From: the human T2T-CHM13v2.0 reference genome, Homo sapiens
Reading direction: 5' to 3' (one strand)
DNA length: 64,000 nucleotides
NCBI RefSeq assembly: GCF_009914755.1
Contig: NC_060938.1
The translations under genes and the position numbers were made by a program. The notes below the pieces were generated by a model, which did not search any database, was not told the DNA's origin, and worked only from the letters and a program-made list of their open reading frames with translations. Shown piece after piece: positions 1 to 11,989 of this stretch (position 1 is its first letter; the number at the start of each line of letters is the position of its first letter).

Positions 1-60
1 GCATGTTATCATGATAATATGCTTGCCTTGGAGTATGATTTTCATTTGTTTGTTTTTTGG

Positions 61-730
61 TATTAATTAGTAAGCTTTTTATTATAAAATATACAGCTTT
101 ACGGAAAAATTAAGCAGAAATTATGGAGAGTCTCTTCATACTCCCTCTCTACTTCCCTGACAGTTTTCCTATTTTAACACAATACATTTGTGTAGTCGTT
201 TTTTAAACAATTAAGAAGCCATCATTGATGCATTTATTGACTAAAGACCAGAGTTTACATTAGGGTTCACTCTTTGTATTATACAGTTCTATGGGTTTTG
301 CTAAACGCATGATGTCATGTATCCACCATTACGAAATCATACATAATAATTTCACTGCCCTAAAAATTCCCTGTGATTCACTTACTTATCCCCTACATGC
401 CCAACTCCTGGTAATGACTAAACTTTGCACTATCTCTATAGTTTCTCCTTTTCTAGAAGATTATATACTTGAACTCATACAATATGTAGACTTTTCAGAC
501 TGGCTTCTTTCACATAGAAGTACGCATTCAAATTTCCTCCATGTCTAATCATGACTGGATGGCTTATTTTTTACCCCTGATAATTATGTCATTGTACGGA
601 TGTAGCAGAGTTTGTTTATCTAATTAAGGAATGTTTACCTATTAAAGGATATGCTGGGTGCTTCTAAGTTTTAGTAATTAAGAATATGGCTGCACATGCA
701 ATAAACATTTGCATGTAAGTTTTTGTGTGG
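61..730 (-). mobile_element. Old L1 3' end (L1MC-like), antisense
   Basis: Reverse-complement L1MC-type 3'UTR text (tttacattagggttcactctttg...catgtatccaccattac; cttttcagactggcttctttcac). Boundaries approximate. Confidence 0.75.
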
Positions 731-1772
731 TACAGTATACTATTTCTTTGTTCTTAAATACTTCTCATTGGTTCACACCAATGAGACGCTAACATTGCAT
801 TCTGATATTTGGTTGGTTTCTAAACTTAAAAAACCTTACTTTTACAATTTTTAAAGAGAAGTTTCTACTGCCAGTTGTTTAAAGTAATATGCTCTGCTGG
901 CCTTGATATAACAATACACCATCATTGGCTTTTAAGTCCTGATATGCTCAAAAAATTAGAGAGCAACTATCTCCATGAACCACCATCTAGATTGCAGGAA
1001 GTAAAGGGAGAACAAATGTTCATTGAATAGATGAAATTTACCAGGACTTATGCTAAGCATTACAGACTTATAATCTCTTTATATATATATATCATATATA
1101 TATGATAAGAAAATTAAGGCGAGAAAGTAATAAACAGTTAACTCTGTTTTTAAAAGTAACAATCCAAACTTAAACTGAAGTTATTTTTACTGTAAAACCA
1201 CTGTAGAAAAATAAAAACTCGATTAAATTCAGAGTCCTATATTGCATACTAACTGTAAACCATATGAATCATTGTTCAGATTGATTTTTTTAACAGATCA
1301 AATCATATTTAACCCATTGCACTGAATTTAATGCATTGTGTTGTTGCTCTTTATTTTGTTTTATTTTACTCAATTTTATATTTTCTTTCTAGTAGAATAT
1401 TAGCTGGTACATTTGAATACCAGAATGTAAAGAAAGGAAGAACAGATCCAAATAAATATTTAAAGTAATAATTGCTAAGAATTTTCCAAAATTAAAAGCA
1501 GATACTGAATACAGATCCAAGAAGTGCAGAGAATACCAAGCAGAATAAATGCCAAAAATCTATACTTAGGTATATATTTTTTAAACTAAATAAAACCAAA
1601 GACAGAGAGACACACTGAAAGGAGCCAGGGGTAAACAAGAAAACTTACCTGTAAATAAATAAGGCTAAGAATTACAGTTGGTTTCTCATTAGATGAAAGC
1701 AAGTAGACAGTGGGGGGGGGATTATTTAAAGTCTTGAAAGTGAAACACACACACACACACCACCTACATTTC

Positions 1773-2047
1773 TTTTTTTTTTTTTTTTTTTTTTGAGACT
1801 GGAGTACAGTGGTGTAATCTCGGCTCACTGCAGCCCCCACCTCCTGGGTTCAAGCAATTTCTCCTGCCTCAGCCTCCTGAGTAGCTGGGACTACAGGCCA
1901 TCACACCAGGCTAATTTTTTTTGTATTTTTAGTAGAGACGGAGTTTCACCATGTTAGCCAGGATGGTCTCGATCTCCTGACCTCGTGATCTGCTCGCCTC
2001 GGCCTCCCAAAGTGCTGGGATTACAGGCGTGAGCCACCGCATCCGGT
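1773..2047 (-). mobile_element. AluSc-like element with small internal deletions
   Basis: Poly-T then Alu reverse complement. TSD ctacatttct at 1764-1773 and 2048-2057. About 23 nt missing after gagac at 1800. Confidence 0.93.
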
Positions 2048-2414
2048 CTACATTTCTATATCTAATAAAATTATCCTGCAATAGTGTAGAAGAAATAAAG
2101 ACTTTCTCAGACAAACAAAAACTGAGAAAGTTTATGGCCAGTAGATCTGCCTTGCAAGGAATGTTCAAAGAGGTTCCTAGGGAGAAGAAAAAGGGTATAG
2201 CTCAGAAATTGGTCTATATAAAGAAAGGAAGAATATCATAGAAGGAATGAATGAAACTAAAATAAAATGTTTTTTTCTTATTCTTAATTGACCTAAAAGA
2301 TAATATTTTGTTTAAAAGGAATAACTGTAACAATGTATTGAATGAATATAGTATATAAATGAATACAATAAATGGCAGTGGTCACATAAATAATGGTAGG
2401 AATTGGGATTACTT

Positions 2415-2777
2415 GTATCTTAGTTTGCTCAGGCTTTTATAACAGGATACCATACACTGGGTGGCTTATAATCAACAAAAATGCAGTTTTCAGTTCTGAG
2501 ACTGGGAAGTCCAAGGCCAAAGCCATGTGCATATTAGGTGTCTGGCAAGGGCTTGTTCATAGAGGACGGTCCAGTCACCGGGTTTTCACATGGCAGAAGA
2601 GCAAATTAGCTCTCTAGGGTTTCTTTTGTAAAGGCACTAATTCTATCCGTAACAGTTTTGCCCTCATGACCTAATCACTTCCCACAGACCCATCTCCAAA
2701 TACTCTTACCATAGGGATTAGGTTTCAACATACACATGTTGGGGGAATAGGGGAATACAAATATTGAGTCTGTAACA
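2415..2777 (-). mobile_element. MaLR solo LTR (MLT1A-like)
   Basis: tgtatcttagtttgctcaggc...ctgggaagtccaag...gccctcatgacctaatcacttcc...aca pattern typical of MLT1A. Confidence 0.8.
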
Positions 2778-3188
2778 CTCTTGTAAAGTGATACTTGTGT
2801 TGTTATTCAAAGTCTTATTTAAAGGTAGATTGAGATTAGTTAAAAATGTGTATTGAAAACTCACATAAATCACTAAAACTGTTCTAAAGTATAACTGACA
2901 TGCTAGGAGAGGAAATGTAATGGGATTATTTTAAGTGTCAATTAAAACAATAGAAATAAGAAAAAGAGTGTTTGTTGGGAGGCAAAGAATAAATGATATG
3001 AATATAAAATACTTATAAACACAATAAATACCAGCCCAACTAATATCAATAATTACTTTAAATGTGCATGATCTAAATATACCAATTTACAAGACAGCTG
3101 TTGTCAGAGAAAAACAAAAGAAGACATCTAGTTAACAATCTTTTTCTTTCTTTATTTAATAAACCTGAACAACATTTCACATCTAATT

Positions 3189-3446
3189 TAATCCCAGCAC
3201 TTTGGGAGGCCGAGGCGGGCAGATCATGAGGTCAGGAGATCAAGACCATCCTGGCTAACACGGTGAAACCCCGTCTCTACTAAAAATACAAAAAAATTAG
3301 CCAGGCATGGTGGCGGGCACCTGTAGTCCCAGCTAGTGGGAGAGGCTGAGGCAGAAGAATGGCATGAACCCGGGAGACAGAGGTTGCAGTGAGCCGGGAT
3401 CGCGCCACTGCACTCCAGCTTGGGCAACAGAGCGAGACTCCATCTC

Positions 3447-3482
<36 letters not shown>

Positions 3483-3483
3483 G
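3189..3483 (+). mobile_element. AluY, 5'-truncated by about 25 nt
   Basis: gaccatcctggctaacacggtgaaacc and gaatggcatgaaccc diagnostics; A/(GAAAA)n tail. Confidence 0.92.
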
Positions 3484-5580
3484 TTGATGAGTACTTTTTG
3501 TCATATGGAATTCAGTGATATTTATAATAAAAATTGCATACCACGCAATTGATCAAAGCACAGCATATCCGTGCCACTGTAGTCTTACTTATGGCTACCT
3601 GTCCAGAACTCACTTTGAAAAGTCACTTCCCTACTGAAATTCATGACACTTATGGAATTGTCAGAATCTATAAAGAATGCATAAGGAATTTTTATAAATT
3701 ACGAATTACTCAAAGTAAGATATCTTGTTAAAGCAGCAGGAATGGACTAAGACCCCATGTTATGGGAATAAGAAATGACATCCTTAGTCATAAGCAAAAG
3801 TTGTTGATGAAATGGCTAAAAAATAAATATGCCCAACTCAGCATCATTAACAAGGGAAATTTCATAGGTGATAAGGAACAGAACCTGGCCCTAAGGTTTC
3901 TAATAGTGCCAAAAGCTCCCACTTCATATTTTACTCATTTGGGTGTCTCTCTGGAGTAAACTCACTAGTTTATGTACTAGGGAACAGTTGGCTTAGAAAG
4001 GTCATGCCAAAAGGTCAATATAAATTTCTTCACTGGCCTTCTTTTCGAGTAATGAGACCTTTCTGTAAAATAAAGATGGTTTTGTTGCATATCCATACAG
4101 CAACCTATCATTTCCAGGAGCTGTTCTTTCTGCAGCATCCATATTAATACCCGGGTGAAAAGTGAACCAAAATAAAAAGAAGATAAAAAGATGAATTAAT
4201 TTTTTTTTCTTAATTTGGGCAAAATTACTTCAAAATGTTTACAGTATATACAACATCTTAAAATATGTAATTGGAAAGAAAATTTTACAAACTAAAAATA
4301 TTTACATTGTGCATGTTTTGTTTTTTTTTATTTAGAAATAAAAGCCAAAAAGGTACCCAGAGAAGCCAAATACAAGATAATAATTACTTTGAACGCTTTT
4401 TCATTCAAGCAAATTTCTAACTGTGAATGTGGGGTTACAAGTACATTCCAGAAAGTGAAGGTACATTCGGTCTACTAAATTTCTTGGCCATACTTTTCTC
4501 AATTTTACTGAACTTGGAATCACAGGACTGGGGAATATTCATTGGGGAATATAAAAAGTAGCTTTCTCATTTTTGCAGTGATTTCATATAAAAGAAGAAA
4601 CATTATTTATATAAAATATTTTCTTCACATGAAAATTTGGTTGGTATATCTGTGCTATTTTACCTTTTGCTAAATATATATTAATAACTTCAGAAAATAT
4701 AATACATGACACATTTTGATTTATCTTCTGTATTCATATATCCCAAAGCTTGAGTTAAAATGAAGATAAATCATAAAACACTCAATGATTTTGTATGTTA
4801 TATTCAAAATAAGGCCACATTGATCCAAAATCGCTCTGTAGTATTCAGTTACTTAGAGGAGCATGTTAAAGTTTTCATACCCATACAGGATAATCAATTG
4901 TAAGAATTTCTGTCATTTGCCTCAATGGTGGTAACAAAATTTTTAGTAAAATAAAAAGAATTTATTTCCAAGAAATGCAAGAGTTTTATGTATTTTGCAT
5001 TTAAAAATTAAGCACAGTTCAATGAGGGTTTGATTTAAAAAATAAAAATGAACAGAATTCTAAACTACATTTCTGATGTAGTCATGTGGCCAAAATACTA
5101 ACAATTTGACTTAAAATATATCTTCATCTAATTATTCCTTCCGTGCAAAAGATGAATTGGATTTATTGGGAAGGATGCTTTGAAAGTATGAATTTAATTT
5201 TCCTTCTTCCAGGGTATCTATTTCTTCCATCATTGTAAGTAGGAATTGCTTGCTCAATATGCAAAAATGCAAACACTGGTTTTTAAGTGCTATCTGGAAG
5301 AAATACTAGAATACATATATTCTACATACATATATATTCATACATATAATATTTATAATACATATTCAAGATATCTATAGATACATACAAATAAACATTT
5401 AATGAAAATTGAAAATATTAGTCAGAAAGGCCTAAGGTACTTCAGGTATGTAATCTCATTTATTTTTACAGGAAAAGGATATTTCCCAATAACATTAAAG
5501 CTTATATAAAATTTGATAATTGGTTAAGTCAAGCTTCTAATAAGTGGTAAATAAAGATTTAGTTGTTAGTATCCATTATA

Positions 5581-5957
5581 TGAGTATTAGTTCATTCTCA
5601 CACTGCCATGAAGACATAACCAAGACTGGAGACTGAGTAATCTATAAAGAAAATAGGTTTAATTGACCCACAGTTCTGGGGAGGCCTCAGGAAACTTACA
5701 ATCATGGCAGAATGCAAGAGAAGCAGGTACCTTCTTCACAGGGTGGCAAGACTCAATGAGTGCAAGCAGGAGAAATGTCAGATGCTTATAAAACCATCAA
5801 ATCTCAAGATAACTCACTCACTATAATGAGAACAGCATGGGGGAAACCACCTCCATGATCTACTTACTTCCATCTGGTCCTGCTCTTGACACATGAGGAT
5901 TATGGAGATTACAATTCAAGGTGATATTTGGGTGGGGACACAGAGCCAAACCCTACA
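5581..5957 (-). mobile_element. THE1D/MSTA-type solo LTR
   Basis: gtattagttcattctcacactgc...ggggaggcctcaggaaacttacaatcatggcagaa...tgggtggggacacagagccaaacc. Confidence 0.88.
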
Positions 5958-6375
5958 GTATGTATGGTATCCTACTATGTATTGCTTGACTCTACACAAT
6001 ACAGTTCTGTCTCTTCAAATGGATTCCAGCTGAGGATAGTAAGGAACAAAACTGACACATAATATGTAGAAAATAATGTATCAACAAAATGTATTATATA
6101 ATAATTTTCTTCATTAAATAATATTTTTTAGTAAGAATTATGTTAGGTGCTGTAGGAATAAGGGAATAAAACAAGTGTGTATTTTACTCTTTGGAGAAAA
6201 GTAATACAAAGAAGAAAGCCGAAACAATGCAGAATCAAAGTTTGACCTTCATATAGATATGCATGTAAATATATATGCATTTGTGGACTTTCAATTTAAA
6301 AACATTTTTATTAGAGAAATGATAAAACTTTATGATAAAATTGCACTCATTTTGGATTTAGAAAGGGTAAAATTA

Positions 6376-6708
6376 TGTGTCTCAGACCATTTTGTGCTTC
6401 TAAAACAGAATACTATACATTGAGTAATTTATAAAGAACAGAAATTTACTTCTTACTATCCTGGCGGCTAGGGAGTCCAAGATCAAGATACCAGGCTCTG
6501 AGGTCTTATTGATGCATCCTGACATGGTGGAATGTGGAAGGGGCAAGAGAGAACCAACTCTCTCTGTCAAGACCCTTTATAAGATCACCTCATCCCATTC
6601 ATGAGGGAGGATCTCTCATGGCCTAAACACCTCTTAAAGGCCTGACCTCTTAATACTATCACATTGGTAACACTTGAATCTTGGAGGAGACTCGTTAAAG
6701 CCATGTCA
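6376..6708 (-). mobile_element. MSTC/MSTD-type solo LTR
   Basis: tgtgtctcagaccattttgtgc...gagtccaagatcaag...cacctcttaaaggcctgacctcttaatact. Confidence 0.8.
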
Positions 6709-7772
6709 GTATCCATTTCTTACTAAAGGTATAAAATAATTTGAAGTATGAAGGGAACACAAAATGAATAATACCTCCAAGAAATATTCATTCACTTGTC
6801 CACTCACTCACTAAATAAATATTGAGAGACTGACTTGTAAAAGCTAATTTACTCTCTTCTAATCTCCATCATACCAGGCTGGGAATCTCCCAGTAGATAA
6901 TATGGGCACTAAGATCCAACCTAATATAAACTCAGATCAATTTACTCCAGATATCAGGATAAAAAGCTTTGCACCATTGTGAGCCATGATTCTTCCAGAC
7001 AGCAATACAAGGAAGTAGAAGAGACAGAGTCGATCCAAAAAGCAATGAGCTTGGGAAGTTTTTATAGCATGTAATTTCAAATAAATCATTTTCTATACAG
7101 CTGAGATTCTTCTATTCATGAATAGAACCTTCTTAAATGCACTCCAGCATTTCTCCAAAGTGGGGCATTGTAAACAACTAAAAAGAGGGCCAGAAATGGC
7201 TATTTATCTCACTTGAGCATAATAGAGCATCCAATACCAGCATCCAGTCTGGGTCAATGGAAATCTGGTGCCAGACTTTGGTTTTGCCTTTGAAGATAAA
7301 TTTTTTTTTTCTTTAAACTGAATTTGAAGTGAGATTCTATATGGACTGCTATGTAAGGGAAAGGATTCTTTGAAAATGGGTCCAACCCACTAGAAGAAGA
7401 GATAACAAATGGAGATAAGCTGAGCCCTGATTACTTTACTTGGAGTCTGAAATCACCTTTAGCTTAAATCATACTACCCTTGGGCTTAGTTACTTTAGTC
7501 TACTTTTTTTCTCCATTTATGTTACTTGCCCCCAAATGAGTCTTAATGGGGACAAATGGTCATTCAGGTACAGGCCTCAGAAGAGTATTCCTGATGAGAG
7601 GAACCATTTCCAAGGAATGTTAATGAGATTGTTCTGGGACAGGATAAATAAAAGAAATGCATTTAGAGGAGTTCTACATTTAATGAACAGCACAGAAAGA
7701 GAAACGTACAAAACAGCTAGTGGTGGAACAGTAATAGAATGAAAGGGAAAACCAATTTCTTTGAAACGTATA

Positions 7773-8940
7773 CAGTCATGCCCCACATAATAATGCTTTG
7801 GTCAATGACAGACTGCATTTACAATAGTGGTCCCATAAGATTCTAATGGAGCTGAAAAATATCTTCCATGTAGTGACATAATAGCCATTATAACTTCAAA
7901 GCTCAATGCATTACTCAAGTGCATTTGGTGATGCTGATATAAACAAACCTATCGTGCTGCCAATCATATACAAGTATAGCGCATATAATTATGTACAACA
8001 CATAATACTTGATAGTGATAATAAATTACTATGTTACTCATTTATGTATATACTTTACTATTTAATGTTCTCTTAGGGTATACTCTTATTTATTTTAAAA
8101 AAAATTATCTGTAAGACTGTCTCAGGCAGGTCGTTCAGGAGATATTTCAGAAGAAGGCATTGTTATCACAGCAGACTACAGCTCCATGCATGCTATTGCC
8201 CCTGAAGACCTTCCAGTGGGACAAGGTGTGAAGGTAAAACACAATTATATCGATGATCGTGATCGTGTGTAGGCCAAGGCTAATGTGTGTGTTTGCATTT
8301 TACTTTTTAACAAAAAGGTGTACAAAGCTGAAAAAAAAAAGGAAAAAGTCTTATAAAACAGAGCTATAAAAGAAGATGATATTTTTGTATAGCTGCACAA
8401 TGTGTTTAAGCTAAATGTTATTATAAAAAAATCAAAGTGTTAAAACATATAAAAGCGTTAAAATATATTAGATTAAAAGGTATAGTAAGATAATGTTAAT
8501 TTCATGGTCCTTAAGTGTATCATTTTTATAAAATCCACAATCGTATGCAGTAATGTCCTAGGGTTTCACATTCACTCGCCATTCACTCACTGACTTATCC
8601 AGAGTAACTTTTAGTCTTCAAGCTCCATTTATGGGAAGTTCCAATACAGATGTAACATTTTCCATCTTTTATGCTGTACTTTTACTATACCTATTCTATG
8701 TTTAGATATGTTTAAATACACAAATACTTGCCATTATGTTACAATTGCCTACAGTGTTCAGTATAGTCACATGCTGTACAGTTGTGTAGCCTAGGAGCAA
8801 TAGGCTATATCTCATATAGCTTAGATGTGTAGCAGACTATGTTGTCAAGGTTTTGTAAACATCTATGATGTTTGCATAATGACAAAATTGCCTAACAACG
8901 CATTTCTCAGAACATAGTATTACTAAAGGGCACATGACTA
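7773..8940 (+). mobile_element. Tigger3b (GOLEM-type) non-autonomous DNA transposon
   Basis: Terminal inverted repeats cagtcatg.../...catgacta, TA on both sides (7771-7772, 8941-8942), internal ggtcccataagattctaatggagctgaaaaat; about 1.17 kb. Confidence 0.9.
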
Positions 8941-10112
8941 TACATATTTAATTTTTACTGGTGAAATATTATTATTCATATTGAACAGAACTGAAACTCT
9001 AGCTCTATTACTTATCTCTCCTAGTTGAAGCCAAGCTTTTTCCAACAGATTGGAAAACTATATGCTACTGAGAAAGATACTGGTATTGGAGTTCTAAAAT
9101 ACATATGTATGTTTCTTAGCTCTCAAAATTATTTTGTAATATCATATGCCCAAATACAAAATATAAGTGCCCAAATATTTAGACTTGTATAGTCAAGGAT
9201 TATAATTAAGTCTTGACACTAAGTAATATTCAAAGAGGGAAGTTTGCTCTTTATTTTCCTAATTGCCACGGGCAACCATCAGTTATTTACTTCATTTCCT
9301 TTCAATAGTTCTTGCTCTCAGCAAGTCGGGATCTCTCAGAGAGAAAGATTCATAGAGGCCTGAGAAAAACAGAAGAATCTAGGGACAGATATAAAACCAT
9401 TTTCATAATCACAATCCATTTATTAGATACACCATCCTGAATTTTGTCCTGAAGAATAAGCAGGTCTCATATTCTATTTCTTATATTTTTTGAGGGACGC
9501 TTTCAGTGTAAGCAACAAAGCAGTGGAAATAATTTCAAATGCTAGAATAGTTTTTTGAGTAAAATCTGGTCCTACTAATGATTTAAGAGCTGGAACACAA
9601 CTTCTTGCAGGTCTAGAGCTGGATCCTAGTCCAAGTGTTCCTGGAAGGGATGGGGTAGGGGTGAACGGAGTGTGGGAATGCAGTCCTGCCGAGTATGGGC
9701 AGCTGTTCTGGAGCCAAGCAATTCACAGTTTCACTTTGCCAAAATAAATCCACTTGAATGATTTTTTTTTTTTTCAGGGATGAAACTGAGAAATCAGTGG
9801 TGAGTAGTTCTGCTTAGGAAAATTTTTGACATTTCAGGATAAATGACAAATATTACACTTTTTCTTAGACTATCTTAAAAATTCTTTAATATATCTAATT
9901 CTCATTATTTTGCTAAACTTTCTATACTTGCTATTCACTTATTCACATTTAAATTTTTATTGTGACAATTATATAAATGGAAATAGCTGTATCTTTTAAG
10001 TATAGAATCCCTATATTTTTCTTCTTACTAGCCATATCTATCTTATTTATAGTGAATATCCAAATTTCATGAATTCTGAAACTGTTCAATGACCTCAAAA
10101 AGCAATACAATT

Positions 10113-10291
10113 GTGTGGTATACAGAATATTAGATGGTCATGACCTTAGCCTCCCAGTGTTACTTTGATGATTATATTGTATTACATGGCAAAATGGATT
10201 GCACAGATGTAATTAATGTTAATAATCAGTTGATGTGAAGACAGGAGGATTATCCAAGTGTACCTAATCTAATACAATGAGCTCTGTAAAA
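10113..10291 (+). mobile_element. MLT1E-type LTR, 5' part (split by an L1)
   Basis: tgtggtatacagaat...ttacatggcaaaatggattgcacagatgtaattaa...ggattatcc; the element resumes at about 16073. Confidence 0.75.
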
Positions 10292-11989
10292 TTTTATTTA
10301 TTTTTGCCCCACTGTCTTATTTCTGAGAGCCAGTTTTCAAGCTCTGAGGTCCTTTCCTCAACTTGGTCCATTCTGCTGTTAATACTTGTGACTGCATTAT
10401 GAAATTCTTGTGGTGTGTTTTCCAACTCTAGCCAGTCAGTTTGGTTCTGTTTTATACCGGCTATTTCACCTATCAGCACCTGAATTATTTTCTGTGTTTG
10501 TTTCTTAGTGATATGGTTTGGCTCTGTGTTCCCATTCAAATCTTATCTCGAACTGTAATCCCCATGTGTTGAGAGAAGAACCTGGTGGGAGGTGATTGGA
10601 TCATGGGGGCGGTTTCCCCCATGCTGTTCTCATGATAGTGAGTGAGTTCTCAAGAGATCCGATGGTTTAAAAGTGACCCTCCCCCTTCACTCTCACTCTT
10701 CTGCCACCTTGTGAAGAAGGTACTTGCTTCTCCTTCACCTTCAGCTATGATTGTAAGTTTTCTGAGGCCTCCCCAGCAATTCAGAACTGTGAGTCAATTA
10801 AATCTTTTTCCTTTATAAATTACCCAGTCTCAGAAGTTCTTTATAGCAGGGTGATAACAGACTAATACACTTAGCTTCCTTGAATTAGGTTTCGATGTTC
10901 CCCTGAATTTCAATGATCTTTGTTCCTAGCTATATTCTGAAATCAATTTATGTCATTTCAGCCATCTCAGCCTAGTTAAGAACCCTTGCTGGGGAACTAG
11001 TGTGATCTTTGGGAGGAAAGAAGACATGCTGGCCTTTTGAGTTGCCAGAGATCTTGCATAGGTTCTTTCTCATCTGTGTGTGTGTGGGTGTTCCTTTAAT
11101 TGCAGTGCAAATTGAGTACAGTCAGTAGACTTCTTTCCTACATGTTTTCAGAGTCCTGAGGCTTTGTTCAGGGCCTTTATTTGTAGCTAAATTCTCATCT
11201 TTCTTTTCACAGTGGGGTATGATAGCAAAGTACTTTTGGTGTTGAAGTTTTGGGGTGTGATCTAGTAGCTGGTGCTGAAGTGTAATGGTCACTGTGTAGG
11301 CTCCTGCTCAGTCATGTGGCTCCTCCGTATTTCCTCATGGGTTGCAGCTATGCTTCCTCTCAATGTTTTGAATGTCAGTGTAGGCTCCTCTCCCACCTGA
11401 GTGCTCGCTGCAGATCTTGGCTTGGTGCATCCAGGCTGCACACCATAGTTCTGAAATGATCATAGGCTTTATGTTACTTCCCCAGCTTGGAAGCAGCAGG
11501 GAAGGAGACCCTGTGGCTCAAGGTCTTTTCTTGTCACTTGGGGCTCCATTGCAGAAAGATGCAGAACTGCAATCAATTAGCATGATCAGCCTGGCATGGG
11601 GCAGCTGCACTGTGAGCCCAAGCTGGGGGGATCCTGTCTGGTGACTAGCAGAGAATGTGGTAGGACCCATGGGAGACAGACTGGCCTCCTCTCCTTAGAG
11701 CAACTACAACTTGCTGGATAAAGCACTTGGAGTCTCCTTCCCTAGTTCAAGGGTAAACAGGGAAGTTAAACTGGAGAGGCAGTGGCAGAGGGACTTTTGG
11801 TTGCCCCTGGGAGCTCCACCTCTGAGAAATGTGGAGCTGCTGCTACTGGGAGTGTTCAGCCAGAGGGTGAAGCAGCTGCACTGCTTGCCTGAGCTAGGGG
11901 CTCTGCTTGTTGGGGAACAGGGGGTCAAGGGCCCATAGCAGCAAGAAATGGGGCTTTTCTCTAAATGGTGGCTGTGGTGTGCTCTACAC
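10292..11989 (-). mobile_element. Inverted 5' segment (5'UTR plus first part of ORF1) of an L1PA15/16-like element
   Basis: Minus-strand translation LENTPQEFHNAVTSINSRMDQVEERTSELENWLSEIRQ is L1 ORF1p coiled-coil-like; it runs into GC-richer 5'UTR-like sequence toward 11989. Confidence 0.85.
10509..10869 (+). mobile_element. THE1D/MSTA-type solo LTR inserted in the L1
   Basis: tgatatggtttggctctgtg...gactaataca, with perfect 5-bp TSD cttag at 10504-10508 and 10870-10874. Confidence 0.93.

Larger units (their letters stand above)
1410..3130 (+). mobile_element. Old L1 (L1M-type) ORF1 to ORF2-start fragment, interrupted by an Alu and an MLT1 LTR
   Basis: ORF1-like text (cagatccaagaagtgcagagaataccaagcag; translation EIKTFSDKQKLRKF...ALQGMFKEV) and EN-start-like ttactttaaatgtgcatgatctaaat near 3050. 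Confidence 0.75.

Noticed and set aside
10294-10539. 81-aa minus-strand ORF
   Set aside because: Chance fusion of LTR antisense sequence to L1 ORF1 coding sequence.
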